NCBI GenBank assembly: GCA_024639975.1
Contig: JAHEFX010000004.1
Location: 1 to 60,194, forward strand
Direction: 5' to 3'
Length of the DNA stretch: 60,194 nt
Source of the DNA: a bacterium
GTDB taxonomy: Bacteria > Actinomycetota > Acidimicrobiia > Spongiisociales > JAENVV01
Shown here in pieces: positions 1 to 9,566 of the stretch (positions are counted from its first letter, which is position 1; every line of letters starts with the position of its first letter). The notes beneath the pieces were generated by a model. It saw only the letters and a program-made list of their open reading frames with translations, made no database searches and had not been told where the DNA came from. A program made the translations under genes and the position numbers.

Positions 1-540
1 ACCGCGACCGGCCTCTTTGAGAGCGGCCTTGACGACCCGGGTCGGCTTCGAGCCGCGGTCGCTGTAGACGGGGGTACCGACCCGCTCGCCCAGCTGGATC
101 AGCTGGTCGATGGCGGCCGGGCGCTGGAGGTCTGCTGCCACGAGGAGCGGGCGACGACCTTCATCCTTGAGAAACCTCGCAAGCTTCGCCGTCGTGGTCG
201 TCTTGCCAGAGCCCTGCAGGCCGGCCATGAGGATGACGAGCGGCGGGCTGGAGGGGGAGGCGAGTGGGACATGGTCCTTGCCGAGCGTCGTGACGAGCTC
301 CTCGTCCACGATCTTCACGACCTGTTGGCCCGGAGTCAGCGAATCGTGGACCTCGGCGCCGACGGCCCGCTCGCGGATGCGGCCCACGAGGTTGCGGACG
401 ACGCCGACGTTGACGTCGGCTTCGAGCAGCGCGAGACGCACTTCACGAAGTGCGGTGTCGACGTCGGCCTCGCTCAGCCGGCCCTTGCCGGTGAGATTGC
501 TGAAGACGGTCGAGAATCGGTCGGTGAGGGTGTCGAACAT
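1..540 (-). CDS. ffh: Signal recognition particle protein Ffh (N-terminal part; runs off window start)
   Basis: Reverse-strand translation from ATG at 540: MFDTLTDRFSTVFSNLTGKGRLSEADVDTALREVRLALLEADVN..., then AGLQGSGKTT P-loop and ADLQRPAAIDQL. Not in the ORF track because it is truncated. Confidence 0.95.
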   Translation of the reverse strand, partial: MFDTLTDRFSTVFSNLTGKGRLSEADVDTALREVRLALLEADVNVGVVRNLVGRIRERAVGAEVHDSLTPGQQVVKIVDEELVTTLGKDHVPLASPSSPPLVILMAGLQGSGKTTTTAKLARFLKDEGRRPLLVAADLQRPAAIDQLIQLGERVGTPVYSDRGSKPTRVVKAALKEAGRG

Positions 541-610
541 GCGGCGGGGAGAGAATAGGAGTCGGAGCGCGATAGCGGCCGACGGAATCTCCGGCGGGGT
601 CGTTCTGGTC

Positions 611-735
611 TAGGCGATCCGGACCTACCGGCGGGAGTCCCTGCGCCCCGACCTCGTGGCCGGACTCGTCCTCGCCACCATGCTCATCCCACAAGACATG
701 GCCCGCGCCGAGCTGACCGGTCTGCCGAGCAACCG
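611..735 (+). pseudogene. Remnant of the N-terminus of a SulP/SLC26 anion transporter
   Basis: Frame reads *AIRTYRRESLRPDLVAGLVLATMLIPQDMARAELTGLPS, matching the SulP N-terminal motif (Y...LR.DL.AGL......IPQ.MAYA.LAGLP). It is preceded by an in-frame TAG and similarity ends after about 40 codons. Confidence 0.6.
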
Positions 736-963
736 CGTACTGCGGGTCCTACGCACAGACTCGTTGCAGGAATCGGATCCACGGCCACGCGGTCTGCGGC
801 GGCGTCGTTGTGTCGGCCACCGTCACTACCGGCTGGAAGTCCCTCACATGAAGGCCCGGATGGCACGACGACTGGCGAACGCCTCCCGGACTGTGGTCGA
901 TCGAGTCCATTCGGCCACGCTACGCAGGCCCCAAACCGGTCCGACTCCTACACTGCACGGCGC

Positions 964-2802
964 ATGTCACTCCTCGAGCAGGTGGACGCCCCGTCCGACC
1001 TCCTTCGTCTCGACCAACACGAACTGGCCGAACTCGCCGAAGAGATCCGGGCCTTCCTCGTGCGCGCCATCGCCGACACCGGTGGGCACCTCTCGCCCAA
1101 CCTCGGGATCGTGGAGCTCACGTTGGCGCTACACCGGACCTTCGACTCACCCCACGACAAGCTCATCTGGGACGTCGGGCACCAGGCCTACGTCCACAAG
1201 TTGGTGACCGGCCGGCGCGACTTCACCTCGTTGCGGCAGGACGGCGGGATGTCGGGCTACCCGAGCCGAGCCGAGAGTGAGCACGACTTCGTCGAGAACT
1301 CGCATGCATCCACCTCCATCTCCTACGCCATGGGTCTCACGAAGGCGAAGGACGACGACTCACACGTGATCGCCGTCATCGGCGACGGCGCCCTCACCGG
1401 CGGTATGGCCTACGAAGCGCTCAACCACGTCGCCCAGGAGAAGCCGTCCGGGCTGATCATCGTGCTGAACGACAACGGCCGCTCCTACGCGCCGACGGTC
1501 GGTGGGCTGGCCGAACACCTGGCGAAGCTACGAGTCGACCGCCGCTACGAGGATGCCAAGCAGGCATTTGGGTCGGCGCTCCGCAAGCTGCCGCTCGTTG
1601 GTGACTTCGCCGAGGAGACCGCCGTCCGCATGAAGGAGAGCGTCAAGGAGATGCTCACCACCCTCACCTTCTTCGACATCCTCGGCCTCAAGTACACCGG
1701 GCCGATCGACGGGCACGACCTGGCCCTCCTGGAGGAGACCTTCGAGCGGGCAAAGGGCTTCGACGAGCCCGTCGTCATCCATGTCTTGACCGAGAAGGGG
1801 CGCGGCTACCAGCCGGCCATCGACGACGAGCAGGACAAACTCCACGGGGTGGGCAGGTTCGACCCCGCGACGGGCAAGCCGCTCGGCGGCGGCCTGTCGT
1901 GGACTGCCGGTTTCGGAGCGGCCCTCGCCCACGAAGTCGAGCACCGCCCCGACGTCGTGGCGATCACCGCCGCCATGGAGTCGTCGACCGGGCTCTCGAA
2001 GATCTCCGACGAGCACGCCGACCGCGTCATCGACGTCGGGATCTCCGAACAACACGCCGTCACCCTGGCTGCCGGCCTCGCCATGGGCGGCAAGCGACCG
2101 GTCGTGTCCATCTACTCCTCGTTCCTCCAACGGGCGATCGACCAGATCATCACCGACGTCGCGATGCACGAGCTCCCCGTCACGTTCGTCCTGGACCGGG
2201 CCGGGGTGACCGGACCCGATGGCCCCTCACACCACGGCGTGATGGACCTCTCCTACCTCCGGATGATCCCCGGCCTCGCCGTAGGCGCACCGGCAGACAC
2301 CCAGGAGCTGGCCGGGATGCTCTCCGCCGCCCTCGACCACGACGGCCCGGTGGCGATCCGCTATCCGCGAGGACCTGCTGCTGCGCTGCCCGACCTTCCC
2401 GCCCAGCCACTGGAGTTGGGCCGCTGGGAGCGGCTGACCGAGGGAGACGAGGTCCTCCTCCTCGCCACGGGCAAGATGGTCGAGGCCGCCCACAAGGCAG
2501 CCGGCCTGGCCGAGGACCGCTCGACGACCGTCGTGAACGCCCGTTGGGTGAAACCGATCGACCCTCGGCTCGCGGCTTGGGCGTCGGCACACGACCGGGT
2601 CGTCACCGTGGAGGACGGTGTCGTCGCCGGTGGGTTCGGAGCCGGCGTGGCCGAGCACCTCGCCGCCGCCGGGGTGACGAAGCCGATCACGATGCTCGGT
2701 ATCCCGGACCGGTTCCTGCGCTTCGGGGAGCAGGCCGGAATCCTCGCCGAGCTGGGTCTCGATGCGGCCGGCATCGCCGACACACTCGCCTCGCTCGACT
2801 GA
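964..2802 (+). CDS. dxs: 1-deoxy-D-xylulose-5-phosphate synthase
   Basis: GGHLSPNLG, DVGHQAYVHK, GDGALTGGMAYEALN, ISEQHAV, DRAGVTGPDGPSHHG, AIRYPRG motifs. Start set at ATG 964 (MSLLEQV). Confidence 0.97.
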   Translation: MSLLEQVDAPSDLLRLDQHELAELAEEIRAFLVRAIADTGGHLSPNLGIVELTLALHRTFDSPHDKLIWDVGHQAYVHKLVTGRRDFTSLRQDGGMSGYPSRAESEHDFVENSHASTSISYAMGLTKAKDDDSHVIAVIGDGALTGGMAYEALNHVAQEKPSGLIIVLNDNGRSYAPTVGGLAEHLAKLRVDRRYEDAKQAFGSALRKLPLVGDFAEETAVRMKESVKEMLTTLTFFDILGLKYTGPIDGHDLALLEETFERAKGFDEPVVIHVLTEKGRGYQPAIDDEQDKLHGVGRFDPATGKPLGGGLSWTAGFGAALAHEVEHRPDVVAITAAMESSTGLSKISDEHADRVIDVGISEQHAVTLAAGLAMGGKRPVVSIYSSFLQRAIDQIITDVAMHELPVTFVLDRAGVTGPDGPSHHGVMDLSYLRMIPGLAVGAPADTQELAGMLSAALDHDGPVAIRYPRGPAAALPDLPAQPLELGRWERLTEGDEVLLLATGKMVEAAHKAAGLAEDRSTTVVNARWVKPIDPRLAAWASAHDRVVTVEDGVVAGGFGAGVAEHLAAAGVTKPITMLGIPDRFLRFGEQAGILAELGLDAAGIADTLASLD

Positions 2803-2828
2803 TCGTCCCGGGACCTAACCTGCCAGCC

Positions 2829-3185
2829 ATGCGGTTCGTGATCCTCCTCACAATCATCCTGTCCGTTGCTGCATGCGGTGGAGGCGACGATGGCATGTCC
2901 TCCGCGGCGGTCGAAGGTTCCGAGATCGCCCGGGTGGCCGGATGCGCGGCTTGCCATGGCAGCTCCGGCGAGGGCGGCGTGGGACCTCCTTGGATCGGCT
3001 TGGTCGACTCGGAGATCGAGTTGGTCGACGGCACGACGATCATCGCCGACGAGGCATACCTCCGCGAGTCGATCATCGACCCGCAGGCGAAGGTCAGAGC
3101 CGGGTACGAGATCACCATGCCCGAGAACACTCTGACCGACAGCGAGGTCGACAAGGTCCTGGCGTACATCGAGGCCCTCGGGTGA
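2829..3185 (+). CDS. Lipoprotein cytochrome c (similar to the C-terminal cyt c domain of oxidase subunit II)
   Basis: Signal peptide with lipobox VAAC; heme motif CAACH; ADEAYLRESIIDP...MP with a distal Met ligand. Confidence 0.88.
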   Translation: MRFVILLTIILSVAACGGGDDGMSSAAVEGSEIARVAGCAACHGSSGEGGVGPPWIGLVDSEIELVDGTTIIADEAYLRESIIDPQAKVRAGYEITMPENTLTDSEVDKVLAYIEALG

Positions 3186-3769
3186 AACTGCTCAGGCCGC
3201 TCCTCGCGGTCGCCGTCCTCCTCGGTGCATGCGGACCGGCCATCCCCGACGAACCGGCCGGGATCGTCCGCGACCCGGCCCCGGAGGTCGGGTCCGTGTC
3301 GCTGCCCGACCTCGACGCCGACGGCCGGGCGTTCCCCTTCGTCGCCGGCGCCGGCGGTGTCCTCGTCGTGTACTTCGGCTACACGTCCTGTCCTGACGTC
3401 TGCCCGACGACATTGGCGGACCTGCGCCGGGCCATGGCGGACATGGACGAGGCCGAGAGCATCGCCGTCGCGATGGCAACCGTCGACCCCGACCGCGACA
3501 CACCGGAGGTCATCTCCGGCTACCTCCACAGCTTCTTCCCGGAGGGCCATCCCCTCCGAACCGAGGACGATGCCGAACTCAGGGCGGCGGCCGACGCGTT
3601 CGGCGCCGACTACGACGTGACGACGTCCGAGGAGGGCGACGTCGAGGTCGCCCACACGGGCTTCCTCTACGCCGTCGACGACCAGGGGCAACTGGCGCTG
3701 ACGTGGCCATTCGGCACAACATGGGAAGACATACAGGGCGACCTTCGATGGTTGCTGCACGGTGGTTGA
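3182..3769 (+). CDS. SCO1/SenC family copper chaperone (lipoprotein)
   Basis: Lipobox LGAC; FGYTSCPDVCP (CxxxC), TVDPDRDT and the conserved His in VAHTG. GTG start overlaps the upstream stop. Confidence 0.93.
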   Translation: MKLLRPLLAVAVLLGACGPAIPDEPAGIVRDPAPEVGSVSLPDLDADGRAFPFVAGAGGVLVVYFGYTSCPDVCPTTLADLRRAMADMDEAESIAVAMATVDPDRDTPEVISGYLHSFFPEGHPLRTEDDAELRAAADAFGADYDVTTSEEGDVEVAHTGFLYAVDDQGQLALTWPFGTTWEDIQGDLRWLLHGG

Positions 3770-3785
3770 CACGGAGGACACTCCA

Positions 3786-4277
3786 ATGAAGAAGATGGTG
3801 GTGATGCTCTCGGCACTGGCACTGTTCGCCACGGCTTGCTCGACGAGCGGGCCGATCTCCGCGGACGACGCCTGGGCGCGGGAGTCGGCGATGATGCAGT
3901 CGGCGGCTGCCGTCTACATGGACCTCACCGCTGACGAGGACGACGCCCTCGTCTCGGCTTCGGTCGAATCGTCGGTGGCACCGACGGTCGAGATCCATGA
4001 GACGACCGAGATGGGCCCCGACGACGAGATGTCCGGTGACGACGATGACATGGGCGAAGAAGGCGATATGTCCGGAGACGGCGGGATGATGCAGATGGTC
4101 CCCGTCGAACAGGTCGACCTCCCGGCGGGCGAGACGGTCTCGCTGGAGCCGGGCGGGCTGCACATCATGCTCCTGGACCTCACCGAGCCCCTGGAGATCG
4201 GCGACGAGTTCGATGTCGACCTCGAGTTCGAGTCGGGCGAGACGCTCAGCGTGACCGTCGAAGTGAGAGAAGGCTGA
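3786..4277 (+). CDS. PCu(A)C copper chaperone (lipoprotein)
   Basis: DAWARES, AAVYM, EIHET...MMQM...LEPGGLHIML motifs; lipobox ATAC. Confidence 0.93.
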   Translation: MKKMVVMLSALALFATACSTSGPISADDAWARESAMMQSAAAVYMDLTADEDDALVSASVESSVAPTVEIHETTEMGPDDEMSGDDDDMGEEGDMSGDGGMMQMVPVEQVDLPAGETVSLEPGGLHIMLLDLTEPLEIGDEFDVDLEFESGETLSVTVEVREG

Positions 4278-4636
4278 CCAAGCGAGCGGTATTCGCCATC
4301 ACCGCAACCGTCCTGCTCCTGGCCGGTTGCGGTGATGGCGCGCTCGAGATCGATGACGTCGCCGACGGACCGACGGACTACGAGTTCCTGATCCCCGCAG
4401 GTGCCGGCGAGGCACTCGACGCCGGAGAGCCCCTCGAGATCCTTCCCGCCGAGATGGAGGTGAGGGTCGGGGAGGTGATCCGGATCGAGAACGAGGACGA
4501 TCGGGGCCACCTGGTCGGCCCGTTCTTCATCGGCGCCAATGAGACCCTCACACAGCGGTTCTCCTCGGAGGGGACCTTCCAGGGCAGTTGCACGGTGCAT
4601 CCATCGGGACAGATCACGCTGACGGTGCTCCCGTGA
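4274..4636 (+). CDS. Cupredoxin-like lipoprotein (probable CTG start)
   Basis: Open frame from CTG 4274: LTKRAVFAITATVLLLAGC (lipobox)...IENEDDRGHLVGPF...GSCTVHPSG with His/Cys/His candidate Cu ligands. Confidence 0.65.
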   Translation: MTKRAVFAITATVLLLAGCGDGALEIDDVADGPTDYEFLIPAGAGEALDAGEPLEILPAEMEVRVGEVIRIENEDDRGHLVGPFFIGANETLTQRFSSEGTFQGSCTVHPSGQITLTVLP

Positions 4637-5610
4637 GGTGGGCGGCGGCCGTCGCCCTCATGGCGTTGGTCGTCTTGTCCCCGGCTGCCGCGCTCGCCGA
4701 CCCGGCCGGCCCGACCGACTACGAGACCACGATCGTGTCGATCGAGCCCGAGGTCGACGGACTCTCGGCCCGGATGCTCGGCGGCGACAGCTTCCTCGAA
4801 CTCACGACGGTTGGCCACGATGTGCTGATCACCGGGTACCGGGGCGAGCCCTACCTGCGATTCGACGCCGACGGGACGGTCTACGAGAACGCTCGCTCCG
4901 AGACGACCTACCTCAACCAGGACCGGTACGGCGAGACCGAGGTCCCTGCGACTGCCGACCCCGACGCCGACCCCGAATGGGTCGAGGTGGCCAGCGATGG
5001 CAGGTACGCATGGCACGACCACCGAACCCACTGGATGGTCGAGGAGCCGCCACCCGGCGCGGAGCCGGGTGACACCGTCCTGGAGGCCGTGGTACCGCTC
5101 GAGGTCGACGGAGAACCCGTACTCATCTCGGTCCGATCCCTCTACGTCGAGCCACCCGGGCCGTGGGCGTCGTCGGTCGGTGGGGCGATCGGCCTCGTGG
5201 TCTCCGCAACACTCGTCCGCCTGATGGGCCGTGCCTCCGGTGCCCGTGCCTCACTGCTGGGCCTCGGGACAGCTGCCCTGACCATGGGAATCTGGGAACG
5301 CCTGTCGATGCCCCCTGAGGCGGCCGCCTCTCCCCTCGTCTTCCTCCTTCCGGCAGGAACACTCCTCTTCGCGTGGATGGCGAAGCCATCCGCCCCCACG
5401 CAGGCCTATGCCGGTCTGCTGTCGGCGCTGTCGCTCGGGGTCTGGGTGTGGCTGCGCTGGGAGGTGCTCCTCCGGCCGATCCTCCCGACCGCCGCCCCCT
5501 GGCAGATGGATCGACTGGTGACGGCGGCGGCAGCGACCGGGACGGTCGTCGTGCTCTGGCACCTCCTCGCCGGGTTGCTCGGTGGCCGATCCGACCGGGC
5601 CGAGGCCTGA
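4633..5610 (+). CDS. Hypothetical membrane protein (signal peptide, extracellular domain, C-terminal TM helices)
   Basis: GTG overlapping the upstream TGA; signal peptide ending AALA-DP; WHDHRTHW motif; several hydrophobic C-terminal segments. Confidence 0.75.
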   Translation: MRWAAAVALMALVVLSPAAALADPAGPTDYETTIVSIEPEVDGLSARMLGGDSFLELTTVGHDVLITGYRGEPYLRFDADGTVYENARSETTYLNQDRYGETEVPATADPDADPEWVEVASDGRYAWHDHRTHWMVEEPPPGAEPGDTVLEAVVPLEVDGEPVLISVRSLYVEPPGPWASSVGGAIGLVVSATLVRLMGRASGARASLLGLGTAALTMGIWERLSMPPEAAASPLVFLLPAGTLLFAWMAKPSAPTQAYAGLLSALSLGVWVWLRWEVLLRPILPTAAPWQMDRLVTAAAATGTVVVLWHLLAGLLGGRSDRAEA

Positions 5611-5667
5611 ACCACCACCCAAGCGGTCTCGGACTCCGATCCCCGCGGACCCCTACCCTCCGTCCCC

Positions 5668-8394
5668 GTGAAGGACGACTCCACACTCCGTTCAGACATC
5701 CGCCGCCTGGGCAGCCAGCTGGGCGAGACTCTCGTGCGCGAGCAGGGCCAGGAGCTCCTGGACCTCGTGGAGGAGGTCCGCGAGACCACCAAGCGGCTCC
5801 GCGATGACGCCGACCCGACCACGGCCGAGGAGTTCTCCGCCGTCCTGTCGCGCCATGACACCGAGACGGCCATCCTCCTCGTGCGAGCGTTCACCACCTA
5901 CTTCCACTTGGCCAATGTCGCCGAGCAGACCCACCGGGTCGACGAGATGGCCGCACGCTCTCCCGGGGAGGCCGAGTGGTTGACGGCAACGATCGACCGG
6001 ATCGCCGACGCGGGCCTCGAGCGGGACCTGATAGAGGACGTCGTCGACCGCCTCGAGCTGCGCCCGGTCTTCACGGCCCACCCGACCGAGGCGGCCCGCC
6101 GGACGATCCTGGTGAAGCTCGACCAGATCGCCGAGCTGCTGGACCGCCGACTGGACCCCCGCGTCACCGAGACGGAGTCCGCCCGGATCGACCGGCGGAT
6201 CGGGGAGGTCATCGACCTCATCTGGCAGACCGACGAGCTCCGCCTCGACAAGCCGACGCCGCTCGAGGAGGCGAAGTTCACCTTCTTCTTCCTCGATCTG
6301 CTCTTCGAGGTCATGGCCGACCTCACCGACGACCTCACCCATGCCTTGGGCGAGCTGGGCGTGGCGAAGGGTGTCGACTGGCACCCGATCCGCTTCGGGA
6401 CCTGGGTGGGCGGCGACCGTGACGGCAACCCGTTCGTCACGCCCGAGCTCACGATGGAGATCCTCGAACTCCAACACGAGCACGGGCTGCGGAACCTCCG
6501 CCATGCCGTGGAGGACCTGTCGTACCAGCTGTCGTCATCGATTCGCATCGCCGGCGTCTCCGACGCGCTGGCCGTTTCCCTGGAGGACGACAAGCGACTG
6601 CTCCCGAATGCACTCGACGACTTCAACCGGCTCCGGATCGAGGAGCCCTACCGACTCAAGTGCAGCTTCATCTACGCCAAGCTGGCCAACACGATGTCCC
6701 GGATCAAGGCGAGGGCCCGGCACACACCGGGCGTCGACTACCGGGACCCAGCCGAGCTCATGGCAGACCTGGAGCTCATCTCCGACTCCCTCCGATCCCA
6801 CAACGGAACGCAGATCGCCGACGGTGTCGTGGCACGCCTCGCCAGGAGGGTCTCCTCGTTCGGCTTCCACCTTGCCGTCATGGACATCCGGGAGCACGCC
6901 GAGCGCCATCACGCCGCCCTCGAGGCGATCCACGAGGTTGCCGGTGCCGTCGACTACTCGAGCTTGACCGCCGGGGAGCGCACCCGGCTGCTCGCCGAGG
7001 AGCTCCGCTCGGCTCGCCCCCTCCTCTCCCCCGCCCAGGTCCTGCCCGAGCACGCGGACAAGACCCTCTCCATCATGTCCACGGTCCGCGAAGCGAAGGA
7101 CCGCTTCGGCGAAGGCGTCGTCGAGACGTACATCATCTCCATGACCCGCGACGTCGGGGACGTGCTGGCCGCCGTGGTCCTGGCCCGCGAAGGCGGCCTC
7201 GTCGACCTGCGCACCGACGTGGCCCGGATCGGTTTCGCCCCGCTCCTCGAGACGATCGACGAACTGCGGGCAGCGGGGTCGATCCTCGACGAACTGCTGT
7301 CCGATCCCTCCTACCGCCGGTTGGTCGAGCTGCGTGGGAACGTCCAAGAGGTGATGCTCGGCTACTCCGACTCCAACAAGGACGGCGGGATCACCACCTC
7401 CCAGTGGGAGATCTACAAGGCCCAGCGGAACCTCCGTGAGGTGGCGGCGCGGCACGGCGTGGTGCTCCGCCTCTTCCATGGTCGGGGCGGCACGGTCGGC
7501 CGCGGCGGCGGACCCACCCACGAGGCGATCATGGCCCAGCCCTGGGGCGTCGTCGACGGCCCGATGAAGCTCACCGAGCAGGGCGAGGTGATCTCCGACA
7601 AGTACGGGATCCCATCGCTCGCCAGGGCCAACCTCGAGCTCACCGTCTCGTCGGTCCTCGAGGCGTCCCTCCTCCATCGGACCTCCCGTCGCGAGCGGTC
7701 GGTGCTCGACCGGTGGGACGAGCTCATGGAGGTCATTTCGTCGGCCGCCTTCGAGCGCTACCGGGAGTTGGTCGACCACCCGTCGTTGGTCGACTACTTC
7801 CTCACCTCGACGCCCGTCGACCTCCTCGGTTCCATGAACATCGGCTCTCGGCCCGCCCGCCGCAAGGACGGGTCCCAGGCCGGGCTCGAGGACCTTCGGG
7901 CCATCCCGTGGGTCTTCGGCTGGACCCAGTCCCGCCAGATCGTTCCCGGCTGGTTCGGCGTCGGTACCGGACTCGCTGCGGCCAAGGAAGCAGGCGTCTG
8001 GGACACCGTCGTCGAGACGGCCGCCGAGTGGCCGTTCTTCGACACGTTCCTGTCGAACGTCGAGATGACCCTGGCCAAGACCGACCTCGGGATCGCGCGT
8101 CGCTACGTCGACGAGTTGGTCGCTCCCGCACACCGGGCCCCGTTCGACCTCATCCGAGAGGAACACGACCTCACCGTGCGCCTCATGCTCGAGGCGACCG
8201 GTGACGCCGCCGTGATGGTCACCAACCCCGTGTTGGCCCGGACCCTCGAGGTCCGCGACCGTTACCTCGACCCACTGAACTACCTGCAGGTGTCATTGAT
8301 CGCCAAGTCGCGCAAGCACGCCGACCCGCTGGTCGAACGAGCCCTGCTGCTGACGGTGAACGGGATCGCGACCGGGCTGCGGAACACGGGCTGA
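5668..8394 (+). CDS. ppc: Phosphoenolpyruvate carboxylase
   Basis: VFTAHPTE, WVGGDRDGNP, VMLGYSDSNKDGG, FHGRGGTVGRGG, LRAIPWVFGWTQ and C-terminal GLRNTG. Confidence 0.98.
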   Translation: MKDDSTLRSDIRRLGSQLGETLVREQGQELLDLVEEVRETTKRLRDDADPTTAEEFSAVLSRHDTETAILLVRAFTTYFHLANVAEQTHRVDEMAARSPGEAEWLTATIDRIADAGLERDLIEDVVDRLELRPVFTAHPTEAARRTILVKLDQIAELLDRRLDPRVTETESARIDRRIGEVIDLIWQTDELRLDKPTPLEEAKFTFFFLDLLFEVMADLTDDLTHALGELGVAKGVDWHPIRFGTWVGGDRDGNPFVTPELTMEILELQHEHGLRNLRHAVEDLSYQLSSSIRIAGVSDALAVSLEDDKRLLPNALDDFNRLRIEEPYRLKCSFIYAKLANTMSRIKARARHTPGVDYRDPAELMADLELISDSLRSHNGTQIADGVVARLARRVSSFGFHLAVMDIREHAERHHAALEAIHEVAGAVDYSSLTAGERTRLLAEELRSARPLLSPAQVLPEHADKTLSIMSTVREAKDRFGEGVVETYIISMTRDVGDVLAAVVLAREGGLVDLRTDVARIGFAPLLETIDELRAAGSILDELLSDPSYRRLVELRGNVQEVMLGYSDSNKDGGITTSQWEIYKAQRNLREVAARHGVVLRLFHGRGGTVGRGGGPTHEAIMAQPWGVVDGPMKLTEQGEVISDKYGIPSLARANLELTVSSVLEASLLHRTSRRERSVLDRWDELMEVISSAAFERYRELVDHPSLVDYFLTSTPVDLLGSMNIGSRPARRKDGSQAGLEDLRAIPWVFGWTQSRQIVPGWFGVGTGLAAAKEAGVWDTVVETAAEWPFFDTFLSNVEMTLAKTDLGIARRYVDELVAPAHRAPFDLIREEHDLTVRLMLEATGDAAVMVTNPVLARTLEVRDRYLDPLNYLQVSLIAKSRKHADPLVERALLLTVNGIATGLRNTG

Positions 8395-8428
8395 TCGGCC
8401 GTCGCCGGGCGGTTACTGTCGCGGCACC

Positions 8429-9547
8429 ATGGAATCCGTCCCGGTCGTCATCATCGGCGGTGGCCCCGCCGGCCTCGCCTCATCCGCCACGCTCCGCCGG
8501 CGCGGCGTCGACTCGATCGTCCTCGAGCGGGGCGACACGGTTGCCCCGGCCTGGCACCGTCACTACGAGCGGCTCCACCTGCACACCCAGAAGGGTGCCT
8601 CGGGCCTGCCGGGACAACCGATGCCCAAGAGCTATCCGCAGTTCCCCTCGAGGGACCAAGTGGCCGACTACCTCGCCGACTACGCCGATCGACAACAGGT
8701 CGATGTGCGACTCGGGACCGAGGTCGAGGCTGCCCGCCATGAGGAAGACGGGTGGGTCACTGCGACAACCGATGGTCGGCGTTTCCACTCCGAGCACGTC
8801 ATCGTGGCCACCGGGTTGTCCCACACGCCGCGCATCCCCGAGTGGCCGGGCATGGACGACTTCGACGGCGAGATCGTCCACTCCAACGAGTACCGAAACG
8901 GCGCGCCGTGGGCGGGCAGGGCGGGTCTCGTGGTCGGCTTCGGGAACTCCGCCGGCGAGATCGCGCTCGACCTCGCCGAGCACGGCGTCCGGTCCAACAT
9001 CAGCGTCCGGCACAGGTCGGTGGTCGTGCCGCGGGCCATCCTCGGCATCCCGATCCTGACGATCGCCCGTTGGCTGTCGATCTTCCCCCCGAAGGTCGCC
9101 GACTTCCTGTCCAAGCCCTTGCTCGCACTGTTGGTCGGTGACATCTCCAAGGTCGGCCTGCCTGCAGCCGAGTGGGGACCGCTGGAACAGATCGCCACGA
9201 CCGGCAAGGTCCCGCTGCTCGACGTCGGGACGATGAAGGCCCTCAAGGAGGGCCGTATCACCGCACACCCGGGTGTCGAGCGCTTCACCGCCGACGGGGT
9301 CGTCTTCACCGACGGGACCGAGCTCGCCTGTGACGTCGTGGTGCTCGGAACGGGTTACATCCCAGCCGTCGACCAGGTCATCGCCGAACCGGGACCGGCT
9401 GTCGACGAGAAGGGGCACCCCGTCGTCTCTGGGGCGAAGACACCGATCGACGGTCTGTGGTTCGTCGGCTTCCGCGAACCGCCCACCGGCCGCATTCGCG
9501 AGATCGGCATCGAAGCCGAGCGCGTGGCCGAAGCGATCTCGGGCTAG
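8429..9547 (+). CDS. Class B flavin-containing monooxygenase (FMO/YUCCA-like)
   Basis: FAD motif GGGPAG; W..HYERLHLHT; FxGxxxHxxxY (FDGEIVHSNEY); NADPH motif VVGFGNSAGEIA; GTGY. Confidence 0.88.
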   Translation: MESVPVVIIGGGPAGLASSATLRRRGVDSIVLERGDTVAPAWHRHYERLHLHTQKGASGLPGQPMPKSYPQFPSRDQVADYLADYADRQQVDVRLGTEVEAARHEEDGWVTATTDGRRFHSEHVIVATGLSHTPRIPEWPGMDDFDGEIVHSNEYRNGAPWAGRAGLVVGFGNSAGEIALDLAEHGVRSNISVRHRSVVVPRAILGIPILTIARWLSIFPPKVADFLSKPLLALLVGDISKVGLPAAEWGPLEQIATTGKVPLLDVGTMKALKEGRITAHPGVERFTADGVVFTDGTELACDVVVLGTGYIPAVDQVIAEPGPAVDEKGHPVVSGAKTPIDGLWFVGFREPPTGRIREIGIEAERVAEAISG

Positions 9548-9566
9548 ACGCGGCGGACGACCGGCG

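Noticed and set aside
845-920. Minus-strand stretch TVREAFASRRAIRAF resembling a nitroreductase N-terminus
   Set aside because: Only about 15 residues followed by a stop; too short to distinguish from chance.
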